Below are positions 29,601 to 39,522 of a stretch of 64,000 nt of DNA, piece by piece. Each line of letters opens with the position of its first letter. Within the stretch, counting starts at the first letter, position 1. The position numbers and the translations under genes are program-made. The notes under the pieces were generated by a model that was not told where the DNA came from, did not search any database, and saw only the letters and a program-made list of their open reading frames with translations. The DNA is taken from the IMG/VR virus record IMGVR_UViG_3300020576_005620, positions 1 to 64,000 of that record; one strand, written 5' to 3'. Origin of the DNA: a virus. Lineage: Duplodnaviria; Caudoviricetes.

Positions 29601-31119
29601 AATTATGACTACCTTCTTTTGAAAAAATACAATTCCATTTCTTTGAATTATAAAGATGTTCTTTTTTACGGAAATTTTCTAGAAAAGTATTTAGGTAGAG
29701 TAGTTACCATAGAGGGTACTCAATATTTAGTAAGCAGTATTGATATCGGTGTTACAGATCAACTTTCATTTGTTCCTATTTAACATGCAAACATTCCTTC
29801 CATACTCGTCTTTTCGTGAATCAGCTAAATGCCTTGATAAAAGAAGGCTTAGTAATCAAATAAAAGAATGCCAACAAATCCTAAATGCCTTACTTAATCC
29901 AGAGGCTAAAGGCTGGAAGAATCATCCAGCTGTGTTAATGTGGAGGGGGAGTGAGGATTATCTTTTCTACTATGCTACTGAATGTTATATAGTCTGGCAC
30001 GCTCAAACTTTTAAAAGTCATTTATCTTACGAGAAAATTCTAATGATGGAGATTCCTCGTGATGATAAAAAACCTTCTTGGCTTGGTAACCAGTCTTTCC
30101 ACGACTCACATAAAAGCAATCTTCTCAGAAAAGACTTTGAGTTTTATTCTCAATATGGGTGGAATGTACCCGATAATCTTGAATATGTCTGGCCAACTAA
30201 AACCCTATGAATTTCTAACATTAAGGGATTTACTGCTAACTCTTTTTCCAGGTAGTAGAGATCAACAAATTTGGGGACAGCTTTCTCTTAACAAGAAAAA
30301 TTTTATTTGTGCTAATTCTAGTAGACTTTCTTTCTATTGTGAAATTAACGAATACTACAACAATTCAATTGTTACAGTTGATGGCCTTACATACCAACTG
30401 TCATTTCAAGAATTTCTCCCTGTTACTGGCGGAACTACACAATCCTTTTATTCTAAAAATACACATACAAGAACACAATACTCCAATAGTGCTTTTTATT
30501 GTTTTAAATTGGATCCAATCTAATATGTATTCTTTTGATACTTTAGCAGAGTTTGTTTGTACTATAGCACCCTTGACTGATAAAACAATTTTTATCAATC
30601 GTACACTATCTCTGTATAGTAGTTTTATTTTCGTGGAGTTGGAAGTTTTAGAAGTATACTGTCCCTACAACCTAGAATATGTAGGGAAAGTAGTCTTTAT
30701 AGATGATATTCCATATATGTTTGACATGACAAAGAGAATAATGTTTTCAGAACACCTTTTAAAAAACCTTAATGACTCCCAGTACTATATGCTAAAACTA
30801 ACCCCGATATAACGTGGAAGAAGTTTTTGAATTCAACACCTTAATGGATTTTGTAAGAGAAATTATGGCAGATTCTTCACTAGATTTTCTTACTTATGAA
30901 TACTCTATTAAACCTATTCAATTTCCAATAAATTCTAATCTTAATCGTACAAGAAGAACTTGGTGTATTAATACTAAGTATCAAAACAAAATTGTAAAAA
31001 TAGAGGGACTTTTCTTTTTGTTTTATGTAGATCTTTCTTCTGTTTCTGGTAACATAGATTGGATTATGAAGTATAATAGACAATATGCTCAAGCATTTAT
31101 AGTTTTGGAACCAATTTAA
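26659..31119 (+). repeat. Tandem array D of the small orphan paralog family (~12 ORFs, interrupted by a glycosylase gene)
   Basis: ORFs at 26659, 26931, 27223/27315, 27877, 28264, 28566, 28844, 29137, 29514, 30185, 30525, 30814; start M...F.SL..F, end Y.GK(I/V)V.I...PY......L.(A/P)I. Confidence 0.8.
29785..30210 (+). CDS. Pyrimidine-dimer DNA glycosylase-like protein (MSMEG_6728/DenV-related)
   Basis: MQTFLPY..F..SA..LD..RL..Q..E..QIL, GW.NHPA..MW.G, PSWLG...FH.SH.SNLLRKD. Confidence 0.85.
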   Translation: MQTFLPYSSFRESAKCLDKRRLSNQIKECQQILNALLNPEAKGWKNHPAVLMWRGSEDYLFYYATECYIVWHAQTFKSHLSYEKILMMEIPRDDKKPSWLGNQSFHDSHKSNLLRKDFEFYSQYGWNVPDNLEYVWPTKTL

Positions 31120-31120
31120 C

Positions 31121-31411
31121 ATGGATATTTCAATCATAGGTGTCGTTCTTGTATTAGTAGGTTACTTACTAATAACATTTAAAAAGTGTAATTTATTCAC
31201 CTTTCATTCGTTAAATTTGGTTGGCAGTTCTATACTTGCCTACTTCGCTTTTACCAAAGGAATGTATGCCTATACTTTTCTTAACGCCTTTATGGTCGTA
31301 GCTGCCTTTATCTTTATAATGACTCTTCCTAACGAAGAACAGAGAAAAGAAAGAGCTAGAGTTAAGATCAAAACACTAAAGTCAAAATACCCGGAATTAT
31401 CAAATGAATAA
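31121..31411 (+). CDS. Small three-TM membrane protein
   Basis: IG..LVL.GY.L, LNLVGS.IL..FA hydrophobic pattern. Confidence 0.55.
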   Translation: MDISIIGVVLVLVGYLLITFKKCNLFTFHSLNLVGSSILAYFAFTKGMYAYTFLNAFMVVAAFIFIMTLPNEEQRKERARVKIKTLKSKYPELSNE

Positions 31412-31921
31412 CAAACAAGGTTTCGAATTTCCAGCTTTTCTATTTGGGATTGGAGTAGGTGCTGTATTATTTGCTGTATTTGCACCTCTTAGTTCCAGAT
31501 CTTGTTCTGATCCTACTATTGCAAAAGTTGATATTAAGAAAAGTATGAAACTAATTCCTTCAAAAGTCCCTGAAACTACTTTGAAATACACATATTCTTT
31601 AGACTGTAAAGAACAAGATCTGGAACTAAACCTTCCAAAAACATTAGAGGAGTTTTCAAAGAGATGAGAGATTCTTTTATCTATCTTCTTATTCCTTTAA
31701 TCTGTGGAATTGCTATTGGTTTAATAATCGGTTTTGCTGTACCAAGTGCTAATCCTTTAACTTGCAGCGACCCTCAAATTCAAAGAGTTGATATTCGATA
31801 CTTCTTCCAAGAGAACTCTAATAAGACTACACGCTATACAACAGTAATAGAGTGTAATGGGGGACGAATGACTTATACTCTAGACACTGATAAACCTCTA
31901 AAGGAAGTTTTACAAAAATAA
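31404..31921 (+). CDS. Two paralogous single-TM proteins (31404-31667, 31664-31921)
   Basis: Both contain CSDP.I..VDI...YT...C......K.L.E. Confidence 0.55.
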
Positions 31922-32184
31922 TGGAATTAATAGGCTTCTCACTGTTTATAGTGTATGTTTTGATAGAATTCTTTCTTTTTCTTTCATTTCTTACAAAGAA
32001 GAAGAAATCAACAGAAGAGGAGGAAGAATCACAATGACTTTTTCTGTAAACTTGGTAATTTTCTTGATATTAGCTATCTGTATTGTTTTAACTATTAAAG
32101 TAGTTAGAATTTTAATCTCTAATTCAGAATTATCACCACCTATTGACGACCAAGAACTTCTATTAAACGAAAAAGATTACTCAA

Positions 32185-33252
32185 ATGAAAGATACGAAAA
32201 TTACAAATAAAAAGATCTTAGATCTTTTGTTTTTAGACCCAATTAACGCTGATAAATTTCTGAATCAAAATACTGATGCTGTGCTAATTACACAGAACGG
32301 TTATAAGGTACTATCTACACAGGCCTCTCATAGAAATCCTCCAACAGGATTTGCTGCTTCTATTCCAAATGAACTTGGAACTAATTGGCAGGTTCTAGCT
32401 GAACATGGTGGAAGGTTTTCTCTGCATTCTGGTGTTAAGTGCCCAAATGTACGCAGGGCATTTTTAGAAACTTTGGGCTGTGTATACGAACCCATAACAC
32501 TTACTGCTATTCAAGAAGTGGCAAATAATTTGCTTAGTGAGTCTAGAGTAATTGCATCTATTGTTTCTAAGCCTATTACACAAGAATATCTCTCAGAAAA
32601 AGAACTTAGGGAATTAAAAGAATTCCAGATGTCCCTGTTCAATGTTCCTCATATACATCCAATTAACAAGGAAAAGGCTCTTAAAGTTCTTGAACAAAGC
32701 ACAAATGAAGATTTAATAAATTCTTTAGGCAGGTTTTTCAAAGAAAATGGAGTAACTGTTATAGCTCCAGAAGTATATGAGAATAATCCATTCTTTACCC
32801 AAAAAGCTATATGCGACGGGGGCTACTCACAACTTAGGGAAGCTTATCTTATAGTTAAGTTTAATCTTTTTGATGGAGATAAGCAGCTAGACGATACTTT
32901 TTACGCTGTAGTATACCACAAAGGTAGGCCAAATATTTCTTTTGCCTATTACGATGCAGAAAGGGAACTTCTCCTACCTAAGGGAGAATTTCAAGTTAAT
33001 AATGTTTGTACAGCTATTAAGAGTATTCTTCATTATGCAGAGAACGGAGATTTTAAATTACCTATAGTAGATGTAACAGTGCAGACTTTTCTGAATCCTA
33101 TTATTGGTTTTAAACAAAATACTCCACAATTCACATCCTTCTCTGGCGGTGTAACTGAAGCACAACTAGCTGCGTCTCTAAACCCAATACCATCTTCACA
33201 AGTCAAATATCTTTCTTTGAAACTTGAAAAAGAGAACATTTCCTTTCCATGA
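32185..33252 (+). CDS. Hypothetical protein
   Basis: 355-aa ORF, no recognised motif. Confidence 0.55.
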   Translation: MKDTKITNKKILDLLFLDPINADKFLNQNTDAVLITQNGYKVLSTQASHRNPPTGFAASIPNELGTNWQVLAEHGGRFSLHSGVKCPNVRRAFLETLGCVYEPITLTAIQEVANNLLSESRVIASIVSKPITQEYLSEKELRELKEFQMSLFNVPHIHPINKEKALKVLEQSTNEDLINSLGRFFKENGVTVIAPEVYENNPFFTQKAICDGGYSQLREAYLIVKFNLFDGDKQLDDTFYAVVYHKGRPNISFAYYDAERELLLPKGEFQVNNVCTAIKSILHYAENGDFKLPIVDVTVQTFLNPIIGFKQNTPQFTSFSGGVTEAQLAASLNPIPSSQVKYLSLKLEKENISFP

Positions 33253-34052
33253 TTAGCTTTACTTCAAAACCAGAAGTCGAATATATCCAGCATGTGGGCA
33301 ATGATTTAACTTTTGCTAGAGCAGCATGGGTGAGTACAAATCAAGATGGTTTAATTCCTCCATGTACTTGTAATAGAGTTATTCATGAAGAGGAATGTGC
33401 TGTTACAAAGTTCGAAAAGAAGTATGCCGGTGTTATCAATTTCTTAATGAAACATCGGCATGGATCTCCTTTTGAACATGCTTCTCTTACTATAAGAGTT
33501 AAAGCCTCTTTATTTCTTTTTAGGGAATGGCACAGGCATAGAGTAGGATTCAGCTATAACGAACTTTCTGCTAGATATACAGTTCTGCCTCCTGAGTTTT
33601 ATATACCGTCTAGTGATAGACCTATGTTTAAACCAGATAAATGGAAACCATCTGCTCCTACATTCTTAACACTCGATGATCTTTTAGAAATTGATCCTAC
33701 TGGAAAACTTCACAAAGAAAAAGAACAATCATTTGAGGAATGGGTTGAAGAATGTTGTATATTCTATCAGAAATCTTACGAACTATATGAAAGAGGTCTT
33801 GATATGGGTCTTGATCCAGGTCTTGCAAGAATGGTAAATCCAGTTGGGATGCAGACAGTATGTTGGGTTACTTGTAATCCAAGATCTATTATGCATTTCT
33901 TATCTCTCAGAACCCACGATGAAGATGCATCATTTGTTTCGTATCCATTGTATGAAATCAATGAAGCTGCCAACATGTTGGAAGATCTATTTAAGGAACT
34001 TTGGCCAGATACTCACAAAGCTTTTTGTGATAATGGCAGAGTTTCACCGTAG
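33249..34052 (+). CDS. thyX: FAD-dependent thymidylate synthase
   Basis: HGSPFEH, REWHRHRVGFSYNELSARY, N.RS..HFLSLR, EI. Confidence 0.95.
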   Translation: MISFTSKPEVEYIQHVGNDLTFARAAWVSTNQDGLIPPCTCNRVIHEEECAVTKFEKKYAGVINFLMKHRHGSPFEHASLTIRVKASLFLFREWHRHRVGFSYNELSARYTVLPPEFYIPSSDRPMFKPDKWKPSAPTFLTLDDLLEIDPTGKLHKEKEQSFEEWVEECCIFYQKSYELYERGLDMGLDPGLARMVNPVGMQTVCWVTCNPRSIMHFLSLRTHDEDASFVSYPLYEINEAANMLEDLFKELWPDTHKAFCDNGRVSP

Positions 34053-34064
34053 TTGGGGATAAAA

Positions 34065-34211
34065 ATGTACAAATGTCCTAATTGTGGTCAATCATTCAAT
34101 TTAGCGGACACAGATACCTGCTATTGCAGTGAGTGTCAAGAACTAATTAGTGTTACTGAATGTTGTGAAAAACTCATTCAGTACCCCGAAAAATCCAAAA
34201 TTATACACTAA
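34065..34211 (+). CDS. Small Zn-ribbon protein (not in the ORF track)
   Basis: MYKCPNCG...CYCSEC...CC with GGGG RBS. Confidence 0.45.
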   Translation: MYKCPNCGQSFNLADTDTCYCSECQELISVTECCEKLIQYPEKSKIIH

Positions 34212-34215
34212 TCAC

Positions 34216-35763
34216 ATGAATTACTTTACATCCCCTTTTGAAAGAGAAGACTTCTACAAACTGAGTCATATTCTATTCTACACTGGTATCTCTGGGACTT
34301 ATGCTACATATACCCCAAGAGTATCAAGAAGACCAGGTATTGACAAAATGGTTGTGTTTGGTCTACAAGCTTTTATTGTAGATCTTCAAGAATCTTTTCA
34401 AACTCAATTCTTTAATCTTACTAAGGAAGAAGCTCTTTCTAGGTTTATTCAATTCAATGAAGAAACAGGTAGAGTTGTAGATGAAAGATTTACAACAGCT
34501 CTTGAAAAACTTCACGATCTTGGATATCTTCCAATTAAGATAAAGGCTTTAAAAGAGGGGACGCTAATTCCGCACAATCTTCCTATGTCTACTATTCAGT
34601 CAACACATACGGATCATTTGTGGGTAGCACAGTGGGTAGAAACATGGATGTCTACGGAAACATGGAGAATGTGTACATCAGCTACCACAGCTTACTATTA
34701 CAGAAAAATTCTTAATGAATATAGGGAAGCAACATCAGAAATTGATTGGTTAGGTGACTGGCAGTGTCATGACTTCTCTGCACGAGGTATGGCTGGTTGG
34801 GATGATGCAAGTATGTCAGGAGCAGGTCACTGCCTCTTCTTTACTGGAAGTGACACTTGTTCAGTTGTTCCTTTTGTAAGAAAGTTTTACCCCGGTAATA
34901 ATGGACTAGTTTTAAGTTCAGTTCCTGCAACAGAGCACTCTATACAGCAGTCATTTATGGCTATGCATAAAAATATCACAACTGCAGAATCTGACCTTAT
35001 GTACACGAAGAATACTTTAGAAAAGGTTCCTACTGGTGTTGTTTCTCAAGTATCTGATGGATACGATTACTACAGATTCTTAAGAGAGACTCTTCCTGCA
35101 GTCAAGGATATGATCATGGCTAGAGATGGCAAGTTTGTGATCAGGCCTGATTCTTCTCCTAAGACTCCATATGAAATTCTGTTAGGTGATCCTGATGCCC
35201 CTGAGGGCTCTATCGAAAGAATGGGTACTATTCCTTATCTTGCAGAGCTGTTTGGAACAAGTCTTAACAAGAAGGGGTATAAAGTACTTGATCCCCATAT
35301 CGGAGTTATCTATGGTGAGGCTATTACTCTCCTTCTTTGGAAGAAGATTCTACAGGGTCTAAAGGATCTTGGCTTCTCTTCTGATAACATTGTAGTAGGT
35401 GTGGGTTCTGCCAGCTATACAGGCTATGGTGGTGGAATTGAAGAAAGAGATACTTATCAGCCTTATGGTATTTCAAGAGACACCCACGGTCTTGCGATTA
35501 AGGAAACAGGTGTTCTTATTGAACAAGAGGACGAACTAAATTGGGAACCAACTTACAAAGATCCTGTAACAGATACAAGTGGTAAGAAATCTCACTTTGG
35601 TTTAGTACAGATTTTGGAAGAGGATGGGGAGTTCATTGTCAAGCAAGATGTCACCCCTGAAGAAGAAGCTTCTGGCTTGCTAGAAACTATCTTTGAAGAC
35701 AGCAAGATTACAAGAATGCAGTCTTATGCTGAAGTTCGAGAAATTGCAAAGAGTTACTTATGA
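34216..35763 (+). CDS. nadV: Nicotinamide phosphoribosyltransferase-like protein (NadV/Namat)
   Basis: DFYKLSH, HDFSARG, GSDT, VPATEHS, VSDGYD, VIRPDS, IYGEAIT, KDPVTD..KKS. Confidence 0.9.
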   Translation: MNYFTSPFEREDFYKLSHILFYTGISGTYATYTPRVSRRPGIDKMVVFGLQAFIVDLQESFQTQFFNLTKEEALSRFIQFNEETGRVVDERFTTALEKLHDLGYLPIKIKALKEGTLIPHNLPMSTIQSTHTDHLWVAQWVETWMSTETWRMCTSATTAYYYRKILNEYREATSEIDWLGDWQCHDFSARGMAGWDDASMSGAGHCLFFTGSDTCSVVPFVRKFYPGNNGLVLSSVPATEHSIQQSFMAMHKNITTAESDLMYTKNTLEKVPTGVVSQVSDGYDYYRFLRETLPAVKDMIMARDGKFVIRPDSSPKTPYEILLGDPDAPEGSIERMGTIPYLAELFGTSLNKKGYKVLDPHIGVIYGEAITLLLWKKILQGLKDLGFSSDNIVVGVGSASYTGYGGGIEERDTYQPYGISRDTHGLAIKETGVLIEQEDELNWEPTYKDPVTDTSGKKSHFGLVQILEEDGEFIVKQDVTPEEEASGLLETIFEDSKITRMQSYAEVREIAKSYL

Positions 35764-36638
35764 ACGAAAAATTAACTAACCTCTGTAACGATCAAATCAG
35801 GATAAAAACAAAAAGACTAAATCCTTTAGATTCAGTAAGAGTTAGATTTGGTGTCTATAGGTTCCCTGATGGGCAACTACAGGTTATATTCCATAAGAAT
35901 GATATTGATCAAGTTTTAACTAATCATTTATTCATTGAAGCTTCCTGCTATACTCCAGAACTTCTTCACATTTTAGAGCAAATTTTGTTTCTTTTAACAA
36001 AAAAAGGCTGTACTATGTCCATAAAAGTTCAATATCTTTACGGAGCTAGGTCTGATAAAGATGAATCAGAAGAGTTTTATACTTGTAATGTTTCAGAATT
36101 AGCTATTGAAACTATCGGAAATTACTCAAAATATGGTTTTAACTACTTAGCACCGCACTGTGCTATGCACAGTGACAATACAGATTTCTCCCTACCTGAA
36201 GCTATGGATATGTCTAAGTACAATTGTATTTTGTTTCCTGACAAAAGCGCAAATTTAAGGTACAAGAAAACTACTGATGTTTTCAACTATCCTTATATCA
36301 TTGCATCAAAAAGAAGGGATCAAGATTCTGGAAAAATTGTATCCTATGAAGTACCTGAACTAAGTCCCCCTCATAACCGAGTTTTAGTTATTGATGATCT
36401 TTGTGATTACGGTACGACTTTCAAGCTTCTTGCGGAAAATCTTGGTGATAATGTAAAGAAGGATCTTTTCATTCATCATGGTGTGTTCACAGAAAATGCT
36501 CCATCAAGATTGTTAGAGCACTACGAGAACATTCATGTCACTAACTCTCTTCCATTTCCAGAAATGTGGAAGCAGCAACTCTCTCAAGAGCAAAAAGACA
36601 GACTTCATATACATAATGTCTGGATAATAGAAAAATAA
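35760..36638 (+). CDS. Ribose-phosphate pyrophosphokinase-like protein (Prs/Adps)
   Basis: RFPDGQ, YL.GARSD, FPDK.A..RY, K.RD..SGKI, VIDDLCDYGTTF, HGVF, TNS. Confidence 0.88.
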   Translation: MNEKLTNLCNDQIRIKTKRLNPLDSVRVRFGVYRFPDGQLQVIFHKNDIDQVLTNHLFIEASCYTPELLHILEQILFLLTKKGCTMSIKVQYLYGARSDKDESEEFYTCNVSELAIETIGNYSKYGFNYLAPHCAMHSDNTDFSLPEAMDMSKYNCILFPDKSANLRYKKTTDVFNYPYIIASKRRDQDSGKIVSYEVPELSPPHNRVLVIDDLCDYGTTFKLLAENLGDNVKKDLFIHHGVFTENAPSRLLEHYENIHVTNSLPFPEMWKQQLSQEQKDRLHIHNVWIIEK

Positions 36639-37021
36639 TGAAACTAACTTCATTCCAAATTGCATTCTTAATTCACCAGGTAACATCTCAGATACCTAGA
36701 CCAGATGGTTCTAAAGTATCTCCATGGGCTGCTTTACCTGAAAGTGCAAAACAGAATGCAGCGAATGCAGTTAGAGAATTAATGCGCACTCCTCTTTCTT
36801 CCCCAAAAGAACATCATGATCTCTGGATGAGACCACTCCTAGAAGATGGTTGGACAAAGGGGGAGTATAGTGCTGAAAACAAAACCCATCCCTGTATTTG
36901 TAAGTATGAGGAACTAATCCCTTCAGAACAATTAAAAGATGAACTTTGGCAAACACTAATAGAAGTATTCAGAAAGTATTATAGTGAAGAAGAAAGTTCT
37001 AATCTTATTATAGGTATTTAG
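36638..37021 (+). CDS. RyR-domain protein
   Basis: H..W......GW..G......KTHPC...Y.EL...EQ.KD. Confidence 0.8.
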   Translation: MKLTSFQIAFLIHQVTSQIPRPDGSKVSPWAALPESAKQNAANAVRELMRTPLSSPKEHHDLWMRPLLEDGWTKGEYSAENKTHPCICKYEELIPSEQLKDELWQTLIEVFRKYYSEEESSNLIIGI

Positions 37022-37500
37022 AATGAAACTAAAGAAATTGTTCTGCAAGCATAAGTTTATTGTTAAAGAGGCTAAATTTGATTACGGGTATTCAATACCT
37101 GCAGTTTCTTCTTTAGGCTTAACGGAGTATGCATATTGTTATTCATATTCTACTGACCTCTACGCTGTTCCTAACACAATTATACATACGTACTTTAAAG
37201 TGAAAAAACCGTATGTTTATTTGTATGCAAAACAGTGTGTTCATTGTGGTAAGGTACTAGCTTGTGATGCCTTTGAAGCGCAACAGAAAGAAAGAGAAAA
37301 TGAGATTCTTAAGATAGAGGGATTCTAAGCTCTATTTGGTATAACAAAATGAAAGAAGACGATATTGATGATCTTGATTCTCAGGAGTATTTAGATTCTT
37401 TAAAGAAGATTGAAGAGAAAGGTACTGAGAAGTTAAGTGAAGATATAAAAAAGCTTAATTAGGAATCTATTGAAAGATTTTCTAAGCTAAATAAGTTTAC

Positions 37501-37575
37501 ACGGCAATAAGTTAAGGATAAAGACTACCGGGGGCGCACCCGGCAAAGTAGTTTCGAGTACTACATGCCGTACCA
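37501..37575 (+). tRNA. Aberrant tRNA-like gene (6-nt anticodon loop)
   Basis: ACGGCA/TGCCGT acceptor, CCGGG-GGCGCA-CCCGG, GTAGT-TTCGAGT-ACTAC, ACCA. Confidence 0.6.
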
Positions 37576-37579
37576 ATTT

Positions 37580-37662
37580 GGGGATGTGATCCGAGTGGTA
37601 AGGAGCTAGACTGCAAATCTTGTGTGAAAACAACGAAGGTTCGATTCCTTCCATCCTCTCCA
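37580..37662 (+). tRNA. tRNA-Cys(GCA) with extended variable arm
   Basis: GGGGATG/CATCCTC, CT-GCA-AA loop, U73, TGT-GAAA-ACA extra arm. Confidence 0.85.
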
Positions 37663-37685
37663 ATTTCATCAGTTAAGAATCCAAT

Positions 37686-37775
37686 TTTGCAAAGAAAGGG
37701 TAATGAGCGGAGCAGAAACTCTCGTTATTACATCGCCTGTTGTCTGTAACTTCATATCAAGACAGCCTTTGCAAA
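37686..37775 (+). ncRNA. ~90-nt structured RNA, copy 1
   Basis: TTTGCAAAG/CTTTGCAAA closing stem with two internal hairpins; near-copy at 40157-40250. Confidence 0.7.
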
Positions 37776-37783
37776 CAATTTAA

Positions 37784-37874
37784 GGATAGGTGGCCGAGAG
37801 GCTTAAGGCACTAGTCTTGAAAACTAGCGACCCCCTCAAGGGGTCCGTGGGTTCAAATCCCACTCTATCCTCCA
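37784..37874 (+). tRNA. tRNA-Ser(UGA)
   Basis: GGATAGG/TCTATCC, CTAGT-CTTGAAA-ACTAG, long variable arm, CCA. Confidence 0.93.
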
Positions 37875-37893
37875 AAATAATAAAAGTGAACCA

Positions 37894-38481
37894 ATGTATA
37901 ACTACGGCTTTATAGTAGACTTAACTAATTACAATTGCGAATTAGATTTAGCTACTTTTGTCTTTGATTTAGAGGGTGATTTTGATTTTCTTGAACAAGA
38001 AGGTTATGAAGAAATTGAAGCATTGAAATCAAAATCAGTTTTTGTTTCTATTAGTTTTATAGATCAGATAACTAGTGATACTGGCTTTGCGGTACGAAAT
38101 GCTTTTTTGGAAAACTCTCCCTATGTTTTTGAGTGCGATGACTCTGGTATAACATTTTTTAAAGATGAAGACATGTCTAAGGTATTAGAAAGGCATATTG
38201 AAAAATTAAAAACTCTTGAAGGTACTATTGTTATTGAAAAGGGCCAACCCAAAGTTAGAACATTTGAGAAAGGTAAGCCTATGACTTTTCATCCAGCTAA
38301 TTTCTCTGTAAAGTTTTTATTTTTTGAAAAACCTTCTGATAATTTAATAGAATTTCTAAAAGAAAGGTGTAGAGAGTATTTTTATCAGCTAGCAATACTT
38401 TTCAGAAAAACTAATAGTGATCCTACACGAATAATTGGTTTTAGGGAAGAATTTACCACAAAAACCTACAAAGATATATAG
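37894..38481 (+). CDS. Hypothetical protein
   Basis: 195-aa ORF. Confidence 0.5.
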   Translation: MYNYGFIVDLTNYNCELDLATFVFDLEGDFDFLEQEGYEEIEALKSKSVFVSISFIDQITSDTGFAVRNAFLENSPYVFECDDSGITFFKDEDMSKVLERHIEKLKTLEGTIVIEKGQPKVRTFEKGKPMTFHPANFSVKFLFFEKPSDNLIEFLKERCREYFYQLAILFRKTNSDPTRIIGFREEFTTKTYKDI

Positions 38482-38486
38482 CTTTA

Positions 38487-38750
38487 ACTAACCCATAAGC
38501 GGCTATAGGGTTAGTAGTCCAGCCTGAGCAATGTTCTACGAGGTGTTGACGATTCACCTGGCGTCACATTGATCTAGTAAATATGGTAGAATAAACCTAG
38601 ATAATCTCAGGATCATAACAATTTAGGTAATCCCCGGTAAACGGGAGAGGAAGTTTAGTAAGAATAGGTGATTTCCTTTCGGAAGTCTGACCACTGCGCC
38701 AGCCCTGCAGCCCTTGGATAAATTACTACACCGCATAATGGGATTACTTA
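38487..38750 (+). ncRNA. Candidate pseudoknotted ncRNA
   Basis: ORF-free, GC-richer; helices 38523-28/38606-11, 38627-34/38740-47; crossing pairings 38547-51/38562-66 and 38534-39/38586-91. Confidence 0.55.
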
Positions 38751-38757
38751 AACAAAT

Positions 38758-38833
38758 GGCGGCAAATACAAAGGGTCGAGTGAGCAGTTTTTCAGGCTGT
38801 TATTAGCGGGTTCGAGCCCCGCTGCCGCTCCCA
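38758..38833 (+). tRNA. Atypical tRNA-Glu(UUC)-like gene
   Basis: GGCGGCA/TGCCGCT, loop TT-TTC-AG, canonical T arm, CCCA; lacks U8 and has a weak D stem. Confidence 0.6.
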
Positions 38834-38967
38834 ATTTTAGAGAAATAAACTTATGGAAAATGTAGTATACTTACTAGCACTGGGATTGTTTATGTTTGTT
38901 ATGTTTAATGCAGACAAAATTTTAGACATTATCCACGATTCGGTAAGAAAAAAGAAATAAAGCTCGT

Positions 38968-39044
38968 GGTGGTTATAGCTCAATTGGCAGAGCATATGCT
39001 TGTGGTGCATACTGTTGTGGGTTCGAGTCCCACTAATCACCCCA
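38968..39044 (+). tRNA. tRNA-His(GUG)
   Basis: G-1:C73, GTGGTTA/TAATCAC, TT-GTG-GT loop, CCA. Confidence 0.93.
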
Positions 39045-39051
39045 AAATTTA

Positions 39052-39522
39052 GTGAATACTATGACTATAAAAGAAACTATTGTAGGCTCTCATTGCTTTA
39101 CATTTAACAAAAAAGATAACGGTGGAGAAGCTTTATCTTTAAGATCTACTTTTTTCACTAATGGTGATCCAGGTATATTTTTAAGACAGGAATTATCTTT
39201 AAATTCTTATTGTAATACAGCTACCTTCCATATAAATTTTGAAATTACACCTGATATATTAAGAAATTTAGCTGATGAGTTGGAAGAGGCGATTAAGACT
39301 ACCCTTTCTGTTCAATCTACCAACTATACACATGAAACGTTAGTAGGATCAGTTTTTAAATCATCTAAATTTTCTCAAGATTATCAAGTCTGTTTTCTAG
39401 AAGAAGGCAGTCACTATTTATTAGCTAATTGTGTTACAGGAGTAGTGCCCGAAAACTTCATATTCGCTGATTTTGAAGATCTAGTTAAAGAGTTAAAAGG
39501 AAATTGGACACCTTGTGATTAG
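39052..39522 (+). CDS. Hypothetical phage protein
   Basis: 156-aa ORF with KDNGGE.L.L.S and QEL.L.SYCN.A.F motifs. Confidence 0.5.
   Translation: MNTMTIKETIVGSHCFTFNKKDNGGEALSLRSTFFTNGDPGIFLRQELSLNSYCNTATFHINFEITPDILRNLADELEEAIKTTLSVQSTNYTHETLVGSVFKSSKFSQDYQVCFLEEGSHYLLANCVTGVVPENFIFADFEDLVKELKGNWTPCD

Noticed and set aside
38784-38800. UCA (Sec or opal suppressor) anticodon in the atypical tRNA
   Set aside because: The 5-bp stem places TTC, not TCA, at positions 34-36, and there is no long variable arm or extended acceptor stem.
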